64,000 nucleotides of DNA from an uncultured archaeon (GCA_964480705.1 CAYZPC010000002.1:22254-86253); one strand, 5' to 3'. Numbered from the stretch's first letter, positions 18,331 to 27,801 are shown. Numbers and translations are program-made. The notes: generated from the sequence alone by a model not told the origin.

Positions 18331-18622
18331 GGATTGAGTTCTCCTTGAAGCCTTCTTGGATGAGGATTTTTTTCACTTCTTTTTTGTGGTTTCCCTGCAA
18401 CTCGATGCGGCTTCCTTCCATGGTTCCGCCGCACGCAAGTTTGCTTTTCAACGTTTTTGCCACTTCTTTCGCAATGGATTCTTCCAGACCTTCCACGATG
18501 GTAATATATTTTTTGAATCGTCTCTGTTCTGTTCGAATCGTAATTTTTTGACTTTCCTTGGCGATTTGTCCGCAAACACAAATGTTTTTGGGCAATCCGC
18601 ACGTGGCGCATACCGTTTCCAT
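18323..18622 (-). CDS. translation initiation factor SUI1 (aSUI1/eIF1)
   Basis: CGLPKNICVCG...ITIRTEQRRFKKYITIVEGL...GGT.EG..IELQG SUI1 pattern; canonical position between uL29 and Rpp29. Confidence 0.8.
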   Translation of the reverse strand: METVCATCGLPKNICVCGQIAKESQKITIRTEQRRFKKYITIVEGLEESIAKEVAKTLKSKLACGGTMEGSRIELQGNHKKEVKKILIQEGFKENSIHD

Positions 18623-18624
18623 CC

Positions 18625-18894
18625 TTAGTGTTTCACCTCTCCTTTTTTGGCTGATTTATTTTTTGAAGAAACTGATTTGACAGCGTTCTTTTTCGCAGCC
18701 ATATCTTTCTCTTTCATAATGGTAAAGATTCGCGCGACTTGCTTGCGCAATCCTTTTGCTTTTCCGGGATTTTCCGGTCGTGTATTCGTTGACTTGGTTG
18801 CTTTCTCGCGTGCGAGCTCGTTCTTCAAGTCAGTAAGTTTGATGGTCAATTCCGACACACCCATGTTTCGAATTTCGGTCAGCTTCTTATTCAT
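18625..18894 (-). CDS. rpl29: 50S ribosomal protein uL29, Lys-rich C-terminal tail
   Basis: IRNMGVSELTIKLTDLKNELAREKA uL29 helix. Confidence 0.85.
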   Translation of the reverse strand: MNKKLTEIRNMGVSELTIKLTDLKNELAREKATKSTNTRPENPGKAKGLRKQVARIFTIMKEKDMAAKKNAVKSVSSKNKSAKKGEVKH

Positions 18895-19718
18895 GCGGCA
18901 TGACCTCCTTCCGTTTTGGTTGTTTCAGTGGTTGATTTTTCATCTGCTTTTTTAGCGTGCTTTTCTTTCTTCGCCGCTTTTTTGGTTTCTGTTTTTACTT
19001 CGGTCTTTTCAGCCGCTGTTTCTTCGGCTTTGGCTTCGGTAATCACTGCTGAAACCGCTTCTGTTTTCACTACGGCTGCATCGGTTGCGCTGGCAACAGG
19101 TGTAGGGTTTTTGCGCTCGCGCAAAACTTGTTTAACATCCACTTTGTCCGGGAAGAAAACGCCCGGTCGAATAATGCGAACCGTCACACCAATCGCACCC
19201 ACTTTAGGGTACGTTGTAACCTTGGCTTCGTCAACCAATTTAGTTTGGTCTCCGACTTTCTTCATGTATCCTTTGATGAAGCGCACTTGTTTCTTTCGTC
19301 CGCCTTTTCCAGCGAGCTTTCCGGAGAGAATGACTTCCATTCCTTGTGCGCCCGCGCGTTCAATGTCTTGAACCGTGCGGAATGCCACGCTTCTCCAGGC
19401 GAATCCGCGTTCAATCATGTTCTTCATTTTGTCGCAAACCGATTTGGCGTCCAAGTCAGGTGTAGTAATTTCTTTAATCTCGAGTTGGGGGTTGTCCACT
19501 CCATACACTTTGGAAATGGTTTCCGTGAGTGTGCGAATGTTTTGTCCGCCTTTTCCGATGGCTAATCCAGGTCGTGAAACGTTGACAATGATTCGTGTTA
19601 CAAGAGGTGTTTTCACCATGTCGAATCCAGTGAATCCGGCTCGGCCGAGTTCCTTTTTCAAGTACTGGTGCAATTGGACTTTTTTGAGTCCTTGTTTGAC
19701 GAACATTTTTTCAATCAT
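18891..19718 (-). CDS. rps3: 30S ribosomal protein uS3 with ~70-aa Lys/Glu/Thr/Ala-rich C-terminal tail
   Basis: KH domain ...VSRPGLAIGKGGQNIRTL...; C-terminal S3 domain; tail TEAVSAVITEAKAEETAAEKTEVKTETKKAAKKEKHAKK. Confidence 0.9.
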   Translation of the reverse strand: MIEKMFVKQGLKKVQLHQYLKKELGRAGFTGFDMVKTPLVTRIIVNVSRPGLAIGKGGQNIRTLTETISKVYGVDNPQLEIKEITTPDLDAKSVCDKMKNMIERGFAWRSVAFRTVQDIERAGAQGMEVILSGKLAGKGGRKKQVRFIKGYMKKVGDQTKLVDEAKVTTYPKVGAIGVTVRIIRPGVFFPDKVDVKQVLRERKNPTPVASATDAAVVKTEAVSAVITEAKAEETAAEKTEVKTETKKAAKKEKHAKKADEKSTTETTKTEGGHAA

Positions 19719-20201
19719 TTATCGCACCTCTCGGACAATAATTTCAATGTGCGTGCTCTTGGCTTTGCGCGCTTTTCCATTAATTCTTCCTTGCGCCTGG
19801 TTTCGGATGCGCTGGAATCCGACTGATGCGGTCGCGTGCACAATTTGCAATTTTTTAACATCCAATCCTTTTACATCCGCGTTAGCTCGAACGGAGTTCA
19901 ACAAGTTCAACCACACTTTACATGTGCGCTGAGGATATCGTCCTGCTTTCGTTCCTAATGTGGCTTGTCCTTTTCGGTGGGGGACTTTCTTGTGATATGT
20001 TCGCAAGGGCAAATATGTTTTTTGCTCGGCCACATCGTTCAAGAATTTCTCGCTCGCGTCCAACATTTTTCCTTTGAGGATGCGGGAGATTTCTAAACTA
20101 TATTTCACACTCGCCGGCTGGTTAGTCGAAATGGCTCGGGCCATGTGTTCAGCATCGAACGTTCCAACATAGTTGTAGTTTGTTTTGACCATCGTATTCA
20201 C
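19719..20201 (-). CDS. rpl22: 50S ribosomal protein uL22
   Basis: ...ARAISTNQPASVKYSLEISR... uL22 fold; position between uS19 and uS3. Confidence 0.9.
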   Translation of the reverse strand: MNTMVKTNYNYVGTFDAEHMARAISTNQPASVKYSLEISRILKGKMLDASEKFLNDVAEQKTYLPLRTYHKKVPHRKGQATLGTKAGRYPQRTCKVWLNLLNSVRANADVKGLDVKKLQIVHATASVGFQRIRNQAQGRINGKARKAKSTHIEIIVREVR

Positions 20202-20205
20202 GTCC

Positions 20206-20613
20206 TTACTTCGCTGTCACCGCAGACGAACTCTTTGTACTTCCAATTCCAGCTTTTCCGTGTTTGACTTGCTTTCGTGTCAAAACGTATTCTCCTAGAA
20301 CGTGTCCCAGCATCTCGGGCTGGATTTCCACGGGTTCGAATGAATTTCCTTTGTACACGGCCATCTTCAATCCCACCATTTGGGGGATGATGACGAAGTC
20401 TCGCGAGTGCGTCTTGATTGCCTTCGTGTTGGGGGGCAATTTGGCACCTTTGTATTGGGCGAATGCTTCCTGAACTTTTTCGAGCGTAGGCTTGTCGAGT
20501 CCGCGCACAATGCTTCGGCGGGCGCGCGAGTTTGTCAATTTGGCAAAATCGGCCAGCGTAAGCTGTTGCAATTCGTTGAGCGTCTTTCCCATGTAGGTAA
20601 ATTCTTTCGCCAT
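20206..20613 (-). CDS. rps19: 30S ribosomal protein uS19
   Basis: ...GHVLGEYVLTRK..HGKAGIG uS19 C-terminal signature. Confidence 0.9.
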   Translation of the reverse strand: MAKEFTYMGKTLNELQQLTLADFAKLTNSRARRSIVRGLDKPTLEKVQEAFAQYKGAKLPPNTKAIKTHSRDFVIIPQMVGLKMAVYKGNSFEPVEIQPEMLGHVLGEYVLTRKQVKHGKAGIGSTKSSSAVTAK

Positions 20614-20628
20614 ACGTTTTCGTCTCCG

Positions 20629-21354
20629 CTAGTTCTTCTTTCTCCGTCCAGTTCTCGATGAAGCAATCGCTCCAACCTTTCGTCCAGCCGGTGCTCCGCG
20701 AGCCGTTGACTTGGACTTTCCGGGATGGTGCTGTGATCCACCAAACGGATGAGAGTTGGGGTTCATGGCAACACCGCGCACAATGGAGTGTCTCTTCTTG
20801 CGCGCTTTCATCGCGTGGTGTTTCTTTCCAGCTTTAATGAAAGGCTTTTCGACGCGTGCGCCGCAGGAAACGCTTCCAATTGTGGCGCGTGCATCCGGGT
20901 GAACACGAATGGTTTTCGTGCTGGGAAGTTTGATGAGAACGTTGTTGGCTTCTTTCGTGACAACAAGTCCAAACACTCCGCTTCCGCGAACGAGTTTTCC
21001 ACCATCACCGGGTCGAACTTCCACGTTGAAAACGGGTGCTCCTTCCGGGATGTATTTTACAGGTAAAATGTTTCCGATTTTGACTTCGGCTGTTTTTCCC
21101 ATTTCAATGGTTTGTCCAACAGCTAATCCTTCCGCGGCAACATTGTATGTTTTGCGGTTGTCTTCGAGTTGAATGTGCGCAAGCACGGCTGTCTTCGTGG
21201 GGTCGTCCACAATGTCAATGACTTGTCCTAATACTTTTCCTTCGCGCTGAATAGGAGAGTAGGGCACGTAATGCAAATCCACGACTCCATTTTGACTCGC
21301 TTGAAAGCGGTTGGAGCCTTTTCCTCGGCGCTGGTGAATGAGTCGCTTACCCAT
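20629..21354 (-). CDS. rpl2: 50S ribosomal protein uL2
   Basis: MGKRLIHQRRGKGS...; ...MNPNSHPFGGSQHHPGKSKS uL2 C-terminus. Confidence 0.9.
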   Translation of the reverse strand: MGKRLIHQRRGKGSNRFQASQNGVVDLHYVPYSPIQREGKVLGQVIDIVDDPTKTAVLAHIQLEDNRKTYNVAAEGLAVGQTIEMGKTAEVKIGNILPVKYIPEGAPVFNVEVRPGDGGKLVRGSGVFGLVVTKEANNVLIKLPSTKTIRVHPDARATIGSVSCGARVEKPFIKAGKKHHAMKARKKRHSIVRGVAMNPNSHPFGGSQHHPGKSKSTARGAPAGRKVGAIASSRTGRRKKN

Positions 21355-21355
21355 A

Positions 21356-21757
21356 TTAGATCACTCCCAATTTCGCCGCGAGTTCTTCGGCTTTGAATTT
21401 CTTATTGAGTTTAACAGTAACTTTCTTTCGTCCTTTCATGTCATTCACGACATTCACTTTGTCCACTTTAACGTGGTAGACTTTTTCCACGAGTTTTTTG
21501 ATGTCCGTTTTCGTGGCTTTTTCAGTTGCAATAAAGGAGAGTTTGTTTTCTTTTTCGATGGCGGTAATAGCTTTTTCCGTCATGAGAGGATATTGAATTA
21601 ATCCAAAGTCAGCTAATTCCATGGCAAATCCTTTCGTGGATTTAGCAGGGGCTTTCTCTTCTTTCTTCGCGGTTGCTTTTTCGTCCGCGACTTTGGTCTT
21701 AGCCTTTTCTTCTAATTTCGCTTCTTGCGCGTTGGCAGCGAATGCTTTTTCAGCCAT
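21356..21757 (-). CDS. rpl23: 50S ribosomal protein uL23 with ~45-aa Lys/Ala-rich N-terminal extension
   Basis: ...IQYPLMTEKAITAIEKENKLSFIATEKATKTDIKKLVEKVYHVKVDKVNV. Confidence 0.85.
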   Translation of the reverse strand: MAEKAFAANAQEAKLEEKAKTKVADEKATAKKEEKAPAKSTKGFAMELADFGLIQYPLMTEKAITAIEKENKLSFIATEKATKTDIKKLVEKVYHVKVDKVNVVNDMKGRKKVTVKLNKKFKAEELAAKLGVI

Positions 21758-22563
21758 TATTGACCACCCTTCTTCGCGAGTGCGTGCACTGCTGATTCGG
21801 TCCAGATGGTTAAGCGTCCGGCCAATGCACCGGGAGCTAAGTGTTCGGCGTTCAAGCTTTGAACTTGCACCACTTCAACACCCGGCAAGTTTCGTCCGGC
21901 TTTGTAAACGGGCTTTGTTCCGTCGGTGACAATCAATAATGATTTTTTCATTCGGAATCGCATTCCGCGGTTTTTGTTTTTTCCCGCGCGCGTGCGTTTA
22001 CTGTCTTTGGCTTTTTCCACATCTTTCACAACGTGCAAAGCAGTTAATGCTTTGACAATATCTTTTGTCTTCGCTGTGTTTTCAAACGTGGCGTCCACAA
22101 TCAAAGGGAAGACTTTGTCATCAAATGTGTGTCCGCGTGCTTTGACAATTTTGGCGTTCACGGATGCAGCAATCGCAGAGGCAATGGCTTTCTTTCGTTC
22201 TTTCACATTGATGCGTTCTTCGGTAACCGTTTCAACTTTCGGACCGTGCGCGCGAGGTCCGCCTACGGCTTGAGGGACGGAAGCAACTTTTCCGTATAAG
22301 ATTCCGCGCTTGTTTCGCAAACGGGGCAAGCGGGCGTGTCCAACGTTAATTGTTTTGTGCATCGTGGGCTTTCCGCGGACACCGATGTATTCCGCAGTGT
22401 TCATGCGTCCGGCACCGCGTTTGTGTCCAAAAGGTTGGACGCGCGTGGATTGCACGGCAAGCACGGCTCGCTTGATGAGTGTAGGATCATAATGCGTAGT
22501 GAAAATGGTCGGGAGTTGAATGTCTTTGACTTTGACACCATCTCGAGAGAAAACGGCAGGCAT
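21757..22563 (-). CDS. rpl4: 50S ribosomal protein uL4 (start at internal Met; TAATG overlap with uL3 stop)
   Basis: MPAVFSRDGVKV...; uL4/L1e family; long ORF to 22641 overlaps uL3 C-terminus. Confidence 0.85.
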   Translation of the reverse strand: MPAVFSRDGVKVKDIQLPTIFTTHYDPTLIKRAVLAVQSTRVQPFGHKRGAGRMNTAEYIGVRGKPTMHKTINVGHARLPRLRNKRGILYGKVASVPQAVGGPRAHGPKVETVTEERINVKERKKAIASAIAASVNAKIVKARGHTFDDKVFPLIVDATFENTAKTKDIVKALTALHVVKDVEKAKDSKRTRAGKNKNRGMRFRMKKSLLIVTDGTKPVYKAGRNLPGVEVVQVQSLNAEHLAPGALAGRLTIWTESAVHALAKKGGQ

Positions 22564-23600
22564 TACAATGCACCTCCCGTCGTTGAAACATATTTCACGG
22601 GACCAATCTTGTAGTGGTTTGAAGGGTCGGGTCGAATACATTCGCGCATTCCCACGAGTCGCTTTACTGGACCCGGAATGCTTCCCACGAGGAGAATGAA
22701 TTCGTTGTTGACGTTTCCATAATGTTCGAATCCTGATTTAGGATTGAGTTTGGTGGCGTCGTTGCTAATCTTGAGAATGTGTTTGTTGAATTCGGTTCGA
22801 TTGTGATATCCTAATTGTCCGGGTCGTGCAACCGAGAACTGAACCGTTCGCGGGTTGAGCGGGGAAATACTTCCAACCGTTCGGATGTATTTTGCTTTAG
22901 GTCGGAATGTCTTAATTCCAAATCGTGCAATCACACCACCCATTCCAAATCCGCGCGTCACGGCTTTGACATCAATGGATTGGCTGTCTTTGAAAACTTC
23001 AGACACTGCAATGGTTTGTCCGAATTTTTGTTTGGCAAATGCGAGTTGTTCTTCAACCGTTCCGGATAATGCGACTTCTGCAATCTCGGCTTTTTTGGAA
23101 CCGAAAGAGGTTTTTTCCGGGTGCGTGTGTACGAGCAAGCGGATTTGGTCAATCTTTCCTTTCATTTCTTCTAATTTTTCAAATGTCAATGCGTGCTTGT
23201 CAACTTTAGAATGAGAAGCGTTCTTCTTGTGAGTAGATTTTGTTTTGAAATTTTTTAATTTTTTGAGAACAGGCTTTTCGAGTTTGTCTACGCTCAATTC
23301 ACCCATCACGTGCAAACCATATGCGTCGTGATTGTATGCGCGCACACCAAATACTTGTACAGGGGGGCATTCGATAACGGTGGTGGGGATTTGCATATCT
23401 TGCTTATCCATTTTTCCGCCGGCGTGCAACGATTGGGCGACTAAGTGGACCATTCCCACTTTGTATCCAAAAAAATTCAAGGGTTTCGAGGGGCCTTTCA
23501 GTTCGGGGAATGAGTTGAAGGAAGGCGTCTGCTTGTAAGCTCGCTTCCGGGGTCTGTGCATCAGACTTCCCTTACGGGGATTGTGTCGCGCGCGAACCAT
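22563..23600 (-). CDS. rpl3: 50S ribosomal protein uL3 (ATG at 23600; ORF track extends to a non-ATG codon at 23636)
   Basis: MVRARHNPRKGSLMHRPRKRA N-terminus typical of archaeal uL3; GAGGA 8 nt upstream of 23600. Confidence 0.85.
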   Translation of the reverse strand: MVRARHNPRKGSLMHRPRKRAYKQTPSFNSFPELKGPSKPLNFFGYKVGMVHLVAQSLHAGGKMDKQDMQIPTTVIECPPVQVFGVRAYNHDAYGLHVMGELSVDKLEKPVLKKLKNFKTKSTHKKNASHSKVDKHALTFEKLEEMKGKIDQIRLLVHTHPEKTSFGSKKAEIAEVALSGTVEEQLAFAKQKFGQTIAVSEVFKDSQSIDVKAVTRGFGMGGVIARFGIKTFRPKAKYIRTVGSISPLNPRTVQFSVARPGQLGYHNRTEFNKHILKISNDATKLNPKSGFEHYGNVNNEFILLVGSIPGPVKRLVGMRECIRPDPSNHYKIGPVKYVSTTGGAL

Positions 23601-23765
23601 GTTTTTTTCCTCGTGTGTTTGGCTTAAACGAGGCAAAAATGCGTCAGAAAAAGGGTATTTTTCTTCAGCAGTTACCGAACCTTTTTGAGAAAAAGGCTCA
23701 TTGAAAATGAACCTCTTCCAATCCGGCAGTTTGCCTCTATTCTAATCAAAATCCCTTGGGAAAGC

Positions 23766-23773
23766 TATATAAA
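23766..23773 (-). promoter_or_regulatory. candidate archaeal TATA box (TTTATATA on minus strand) upstream of the uL3...uS2 gene run
   Basis: Sequence only; ~165 nt upstream of uL3 ATG, implying a long leader; no BRE verified. Confidence 0.2.
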
Positions 23774-23833
23774 CAAACCGCCCGCGCGGCCGTTCATAAA
23801 ACACCCCCAATGGTCAATTTACCTTATTTTACT

Positions 23834-25807
23834 CTATTTTTGGCTTTTGGGGAGCCAAATTTCATCCATTTCATCAATGGGTGACTTTTCAGACCCCCTC
23901 ATTATGTAGTTTTCAGGGGCGTCATTAGATGCGTGTTGGGAAACGTACCAGAGGCCGATAACAGCCAATAACACGAGGATGCCCAACCAAAATCCCCCGC
24001 CCTGAACAACAAATCCAGTAATGGCGTTGGCAGCTGCAACAATCGGAATCTCATTCGTGGGTGCCGCACTCCCTTGGGAGGAAGGTGCAACGTTTTCCAA
24101 TTGAATCGTGTGCGTGTTGGTGTAACCGGCACTGATTACCTGCACGATTGCAATGCTTTTTCCCGCAAACATTTCAGCAGGAATGTACACGAGTGGCGTG
24201 TCTAATCCCGTGAGTTGAATTGTTTTTGAAAATGTTTGCGTTCCCGGTTTTGCAATCACATTCAGTGTGACTTCCTGCGTGAATGTGGATTTATTTTCTA
24301 ATTGCAATGCGAATTCGCGCGCACCATACAAGTTGAGCAGTGCGGGCGCGTTCACCAATTGCACCGGCGCATCATCCAATCCTGAAAACAACACGACACT
24401 TGTTTGGTCGGGTACCGTGCATCCTTGCAAATTTGTTTTGATAGTAATAATTTGTTCCGCATTGGTGTTTGAAACAAAAAGTGTTTGCAATTTCACCGTG
24501 TCGGCGGGAATAATTATTTTGGATGGAGAAATAGTTCCGCTCGTGCTTGAAATATACAGTGTTGCATCATATGCGAGAGGGTTGTTGAACAGCACATCAA
24601 TGCTTTTTTCTCCGCGCAGCACCGTAATGGGTTTCAATCCCGCATAAAATGAATTGCAGGATGCATTTTCCGTTCCAATGAAGCGGTATTCAAATCGTTT
24701 GGCATTCACGAGGCAGCTTCCTCCGTCCGTGAAGTGTCCTTTTACCGTGAGGAATGCATTTGCATCGAATGTTCCTGCATTGGAATATCCAATCGCGTCA
24801 AATGCAATTTCTTCCGAGGATTGTGATTCAACTTTCACAGGATTTGAAACCGGCTCGAATGCTACTTGGTAATTCTTATCTGCAAACGTGTATTCGTCCA
24901 CGTAAAAATGCTGGTCGGCATTATTGATGAGTGAGAACGTGTGTGAAGTTGTTTCGCCGGCACGCACGGAGACAAATGGAATGTTCACATTCAATTCAGT
25001 GCACACACCTGTTTGCACACCCGTGTCTTCTACCGTCACATCAAATGTTTCAGAGATGTCAGAGAATGAACAATCATATCCATTTTCAAATTCTCCGCGA
25101 ATTTCTACAAACACAGGATTTGTTTCATCGTCCGACACGCCTCGCGCGTCAATTTCAATCGTGTATGAATTCGTTCGGTTATTTTGAAGATTTTTTTCAA
25201 AATCAGAATCGGAAAAAGGAGGTTCCGCAGCGGCAGTGAATGAATCGCCGTCATCAAATACATCAAATCCTTGCAGAGTAAAATCATTGGAGGAATTGTT
25301 TGTCACGCGAACCGTGTGCAAAATAGTATCGTTTTCATTCAACGTCACATCATCGGCTTCAATTTGAATGAGTGAGCAAACATCGTCGCCGTCTTGAATA
25401 GTTACGTTCACCGTGAATGTTAAATCGGAAAATTCACAATCATCATTGTCTTCAAATTCTCCGCGGAGTTGAATGCGAAACGTTTCTTGTCGGTCGCCGT
25501 TTACATCGACGGTGTCGTAGCGCAGACGCAAGTCTTCGGATTCATCTTCGTTGATTTGATCCGGAAAATCATCCACGCTGATATCCAAAAAGGGACTTGA
25601 CTCTTGGACGCGCACGTCGTCTAATTCAAAGTCATCATTTCCATTGTTTTCAATGTCAAATGTAATCAAGCGGTTGTCGCGGTCTTCTGCAAACGTAACC
25701 GAAAGAGGAGAAATATCAATATCATTACACGAACTCGCAGCATAGCTCAATGAGAGCATACTGCCGAACATCAGGAGCAAAATTCCAAAGCGAAGGGCGT
25801 GAAGCAT
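23834..25807 (-). CDS. acidic repeat-containing cell-surface protein (signal peptide, three ~120-aa Cys-pair repeats, C-terminal TM anchor + cytoplasmic tail)
   Basis: N-terminus MLHALRFGILLLMFGSMLSLSYA; recurring (L/I)RGEFE(D/N)..DC.FSD motif; C-terminal GGGFWLGILVLLAVIGLWYV then 40-aa tail; very D/E/N rich. Confidence 0.6.
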   Translation of the reverse strand: MLHALRFGILLLMFGSMLSLSYAASSCNDIDISPLSVTFAEDRDNRLITFDIENNGNDDFELDDVRVQESSPFLDISVDDFPDQINEDESEDLRLRYDTVDVNGDRQETFRIQLRGEFEDNDDCEFSDLTFTVNVTIQDGDDVCSLIQIEADDVTLNENDTILHTVRVTNNSSNDFTLQGFDVFDDGDSFTAAAEPPFSDSDFEKNLQNNRTNSYTIEIDARGVSDDETNPVFVEIRGEFENGYDCSFSDISETFDVTVEDTGVQTGVCTELNVNIPFVSVRAGETTSHTFSLINNADQHFYVDEYTFADKNYQVAFEPVSNPVKVESQSSEEIAFDAIGYSNAGTFDANAFLTVKGHFTDGGSCLVNAKRFEYRFIGTENASCNSFYAGLKPITVLRGEKSIDVLFNNPLAYDATLYISSTSGTISPSKIIIPADTVKLQTLFVSNTNAEQIITIKTNLQGCTVPDQTSVVLFSGLDDAPVQLVNAPALLNLYGAREFALQLENKSTFTQEVTLNVIAKPGTQTFSKTIQLTGLDTPLVYIPAEMFAGKSIAIVQVISAGYTNTHTIQLENVAPSSQGSAAPTNEIPIVAAANAITGFVVQGGGFWLGILVLLAVIGLWYVSQHASNDAPENYIMRGSEKSPIDEMDEIWLPKSQK

Positions 25808-25917
25808 GTATATAATATCACCCAGAACCATTAAATAAGAATACTTTTCCCGTGAATGAGTGAAGAATTAAACGAGGGAATAACGGCCATTAACGAAGTG
25901 TTTGAACGAACCCGCCC

Positions 25918-27801
25918 TTACTGCGGATGACCATCTTCTTCCATCATTTGCTTCAACCGACGCAAAATCTCTTGTTTTTCGTCATTTGTCGGTGTTTTGG
26001 AAGTTTGTGGGGCGGTGGTTAGTGCTCCTTCCAATTGGGAGGATTGTCGCTGAAGGGTGTTTTTGAGCTCGCTGGGGATTCCCACATCATTGTCTTTTTC
26101 TTCTTGGGCTTTACGGTGTTCTTTTTCTTTCTGGGATAAATAGTCCAAATCCGAGGCAGATAGTCCTTCCACATCCTCGAAGGGCAAACTCTCCAGCGCT
26201 TCTTCTTCACTAATTTCCTGCTCCATCGCCGATTCCATTCCACTTGAATGCGCGGGCGCCGAGGGGGCGGTGTAGGCATCAGCGTCTTCGACTTTCAATT
26301 CTTCATCAATAGACGCGCGTATTTTTTTCTCAGGTAAAACAGGTCGAGCCGCAGTATCTATGGTTGCAATTGAATTTTCGCGCGAGTGAGATGAATCATC
26401 AGTTGAGTGTGTTCCAAATGGTTGTTTCCACGGCATGGCATCACTCACGGAAGATGAAGGCGATTGTGCTTGGGGAGTGGTGCGTGCCACCCAGGGCGGA
26501 ACATAGGGTGCTGATTTCGCAGCAGGAGATGGTGCGGACACTCGTGTAGGAATGGTTGCGGGTGAGGGAGTTGAAATGATTGGATTTTTTTCTGCAGTTG
26601 GCAATGGTGTGTTTACGCGCGGCGCGGGAGTAAATTCTTTTTTGGTTTCGATTGGCTCGCGCGCAGTATTCATGGGCAACGGAGCAGTAGGGTAAATGGA
26701 TTTTTTTTCGTGAATGACCGCAGGCACGGGCTGAGTAAGCGCAGGCACATTTGTTTTTTCGCGTGCGATAGTTGCAATGTCAACTCGCGCAATGGAGGGA
26801 GGTGTTTGAGTAGTTTTCACGGGCGAAATGTCAGATGTTTTTTCACTTAATGGAGAAACGGTGCTCGCGGCTCGTGGAATAGGTGCGATGGGAGCAATGG
26901 GTTCTATGCTCGCGCGCGCGTTGGCAACAGCAGGGTTGCGTGCAGCCGCGGCATAAGGTGATGGAGCAGTTGATTTAATCGGGCTGGGCGAGACAGCAGG
27001 TGCAGTGGGAGGAGTTTGTTTTTCTCCAAATATTTTTTTCCAAAAAGATTGTTTGGGTGCAGATGATTTTGCTGCGAGCGTTGGCGTAGGAGATGGTTGC
27101 GCAGGCAGTCGTTGTGCGGGCGCAGGTGTTTGAGTGAGCATGCGTGCGGTTGGAATCGTTCGTTCTCCTGGAGGTAGAATGGGAGTCACGCGCGGCGCAG
27201 GGGAAGATGGGGGTGCGGCCTGTCGTGGAGAGGAAATGGGTGGAGCGAGTGGTTTGTTGGATGGAAGGGGTGTTGATGAAACGGGCGGCGCGCGCGGGGG
27301 AGCAGCGGCTTGTGCAGCAGTGGGAGATGGTTTGGGCAGGGTGGCAAGTCCGCGCTGAATGTAGGGCGGGTAAGGCATGTTGGAATAATAGTGTGGAACG
27401 CGCGGCGCGGGAGGCGCAGGTGATGAAGTTGTTGGTGTGGATGCGGGAGTGCGATTGGGTGCTTGTGGCAAGGACGGTGAAGCAAATGCTGATTTGGATG
27501 TTGTCGGATATACATTTTTGAGCGGCGCAGTGGGCGAGGGGCGAGAAGTGGTTGCGAGGTGAGTGTCCATTATTTCATCCAGTTGCTGCCGCATCGCTGC
27601 CTGTGCTTGCGTGCTGGCAACGGTAGGTTGAGTGCTTTGTAATGGAACTTTTTCTACGCGCGGTTTTCCAAACACGGCTAGAGAAATTTTTTTAGCAAAT
27701 CCTGGAGTGAAATCGTTTCGGGGCAATTCGCCGAGGCGTTGTTTCTCTCTTCTTTTTTGGAGAAACTCATTGATTTCATCCACTTCTTCTTGGGCGGGCA
27801 T
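25918..27801 (-). CDS. proline/alanine/serine/threonine-rich low-complexity protein (627 aa), charged N-terminal 50 aa, acidic C-terminal ~120 aa; no signal peptide
   Basis: 1.9-kb uninterrupted frame; PAP/APP/SPT repeats throughout; all competing ORFs in the region are short. Confidence 0.55.
   Translation of the reverse strand: MPAQEEVDEINEFLQKRREKQRLGELPRNDFTPGFAKKISLAVFGKPRVEKVPLQSTQPTVASTQAQAAMRQQLDEIMDTHLATTSRPSPTAPLKNVYPTTSKSAFASPSLPQAPNRTPASTPTTSSPAPPAPRVPHYYSNMPYPPYIQRGLATLPKPSPTAAQAAAPPRAPPVSSTPLPSNKPLAPPISSPRQAAPPSSPAPRVTPILPPGERTIPTARMLTQTPAPAQRLPAQPSPTPTLAAKSSAPKQSFWKKIFGEKQTPPTAPAVSPSPIKSTAPSPYAAAARNPAVANARASIEPIAPIAPIPRAASTVSPLSEKTSDISPVKTTQTPPSIARVDIATIAREKTNVPALTQPVPAVIHEKKSIYPTAPLPMNTAREPIETKKEFTPAPRVNTPLPTAEKNPIISTPSPATIPTRVSAPSPAAKSAPYVPPWVARTTPQAQSPSSSVSDAMPWKQPFGTHSTDDSSHSRENSIATIDTAARPVLPEKKIRASIDEELKVEDADAYTAPSAPAHSSGMESAMEQEISEEEALESLPFEDVEGLSASDLDYLSQKEKEHRKAQEEKDNDVGIPSELKNTLQRQSSQLEGALTTAPQTSKTPTNDEKQEILRRLKQMMEEDGHPQ

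Noticed and set aside
22725-22745. GTTCGAATCC-like string resembling a tRNA T-arm
   Set aside because: It lies inside the uL3 coding frame with no flanking acceptor/anticodon structure.
27186-27515. 109-aa His/Pro-rich ORF and neighbouring short ORFs within 27.1-27.5 kb
   Set aside because: Alternative frames and antisense of the 627-aa Pro-rich gene; only the long frame is uninterrupted over 1.9 kb.
26800-27560. Repetitive nucleotide stretches (gcgg/ggag repeats) that could be mistaken for a CRISPR-like or tandem repeat array
   Set aside because: They are codon-level repeats encoding the Pro/Ala/Ser-rich protein. There is no regular repeat-spacer periodicity, and no cas genes are in the window.
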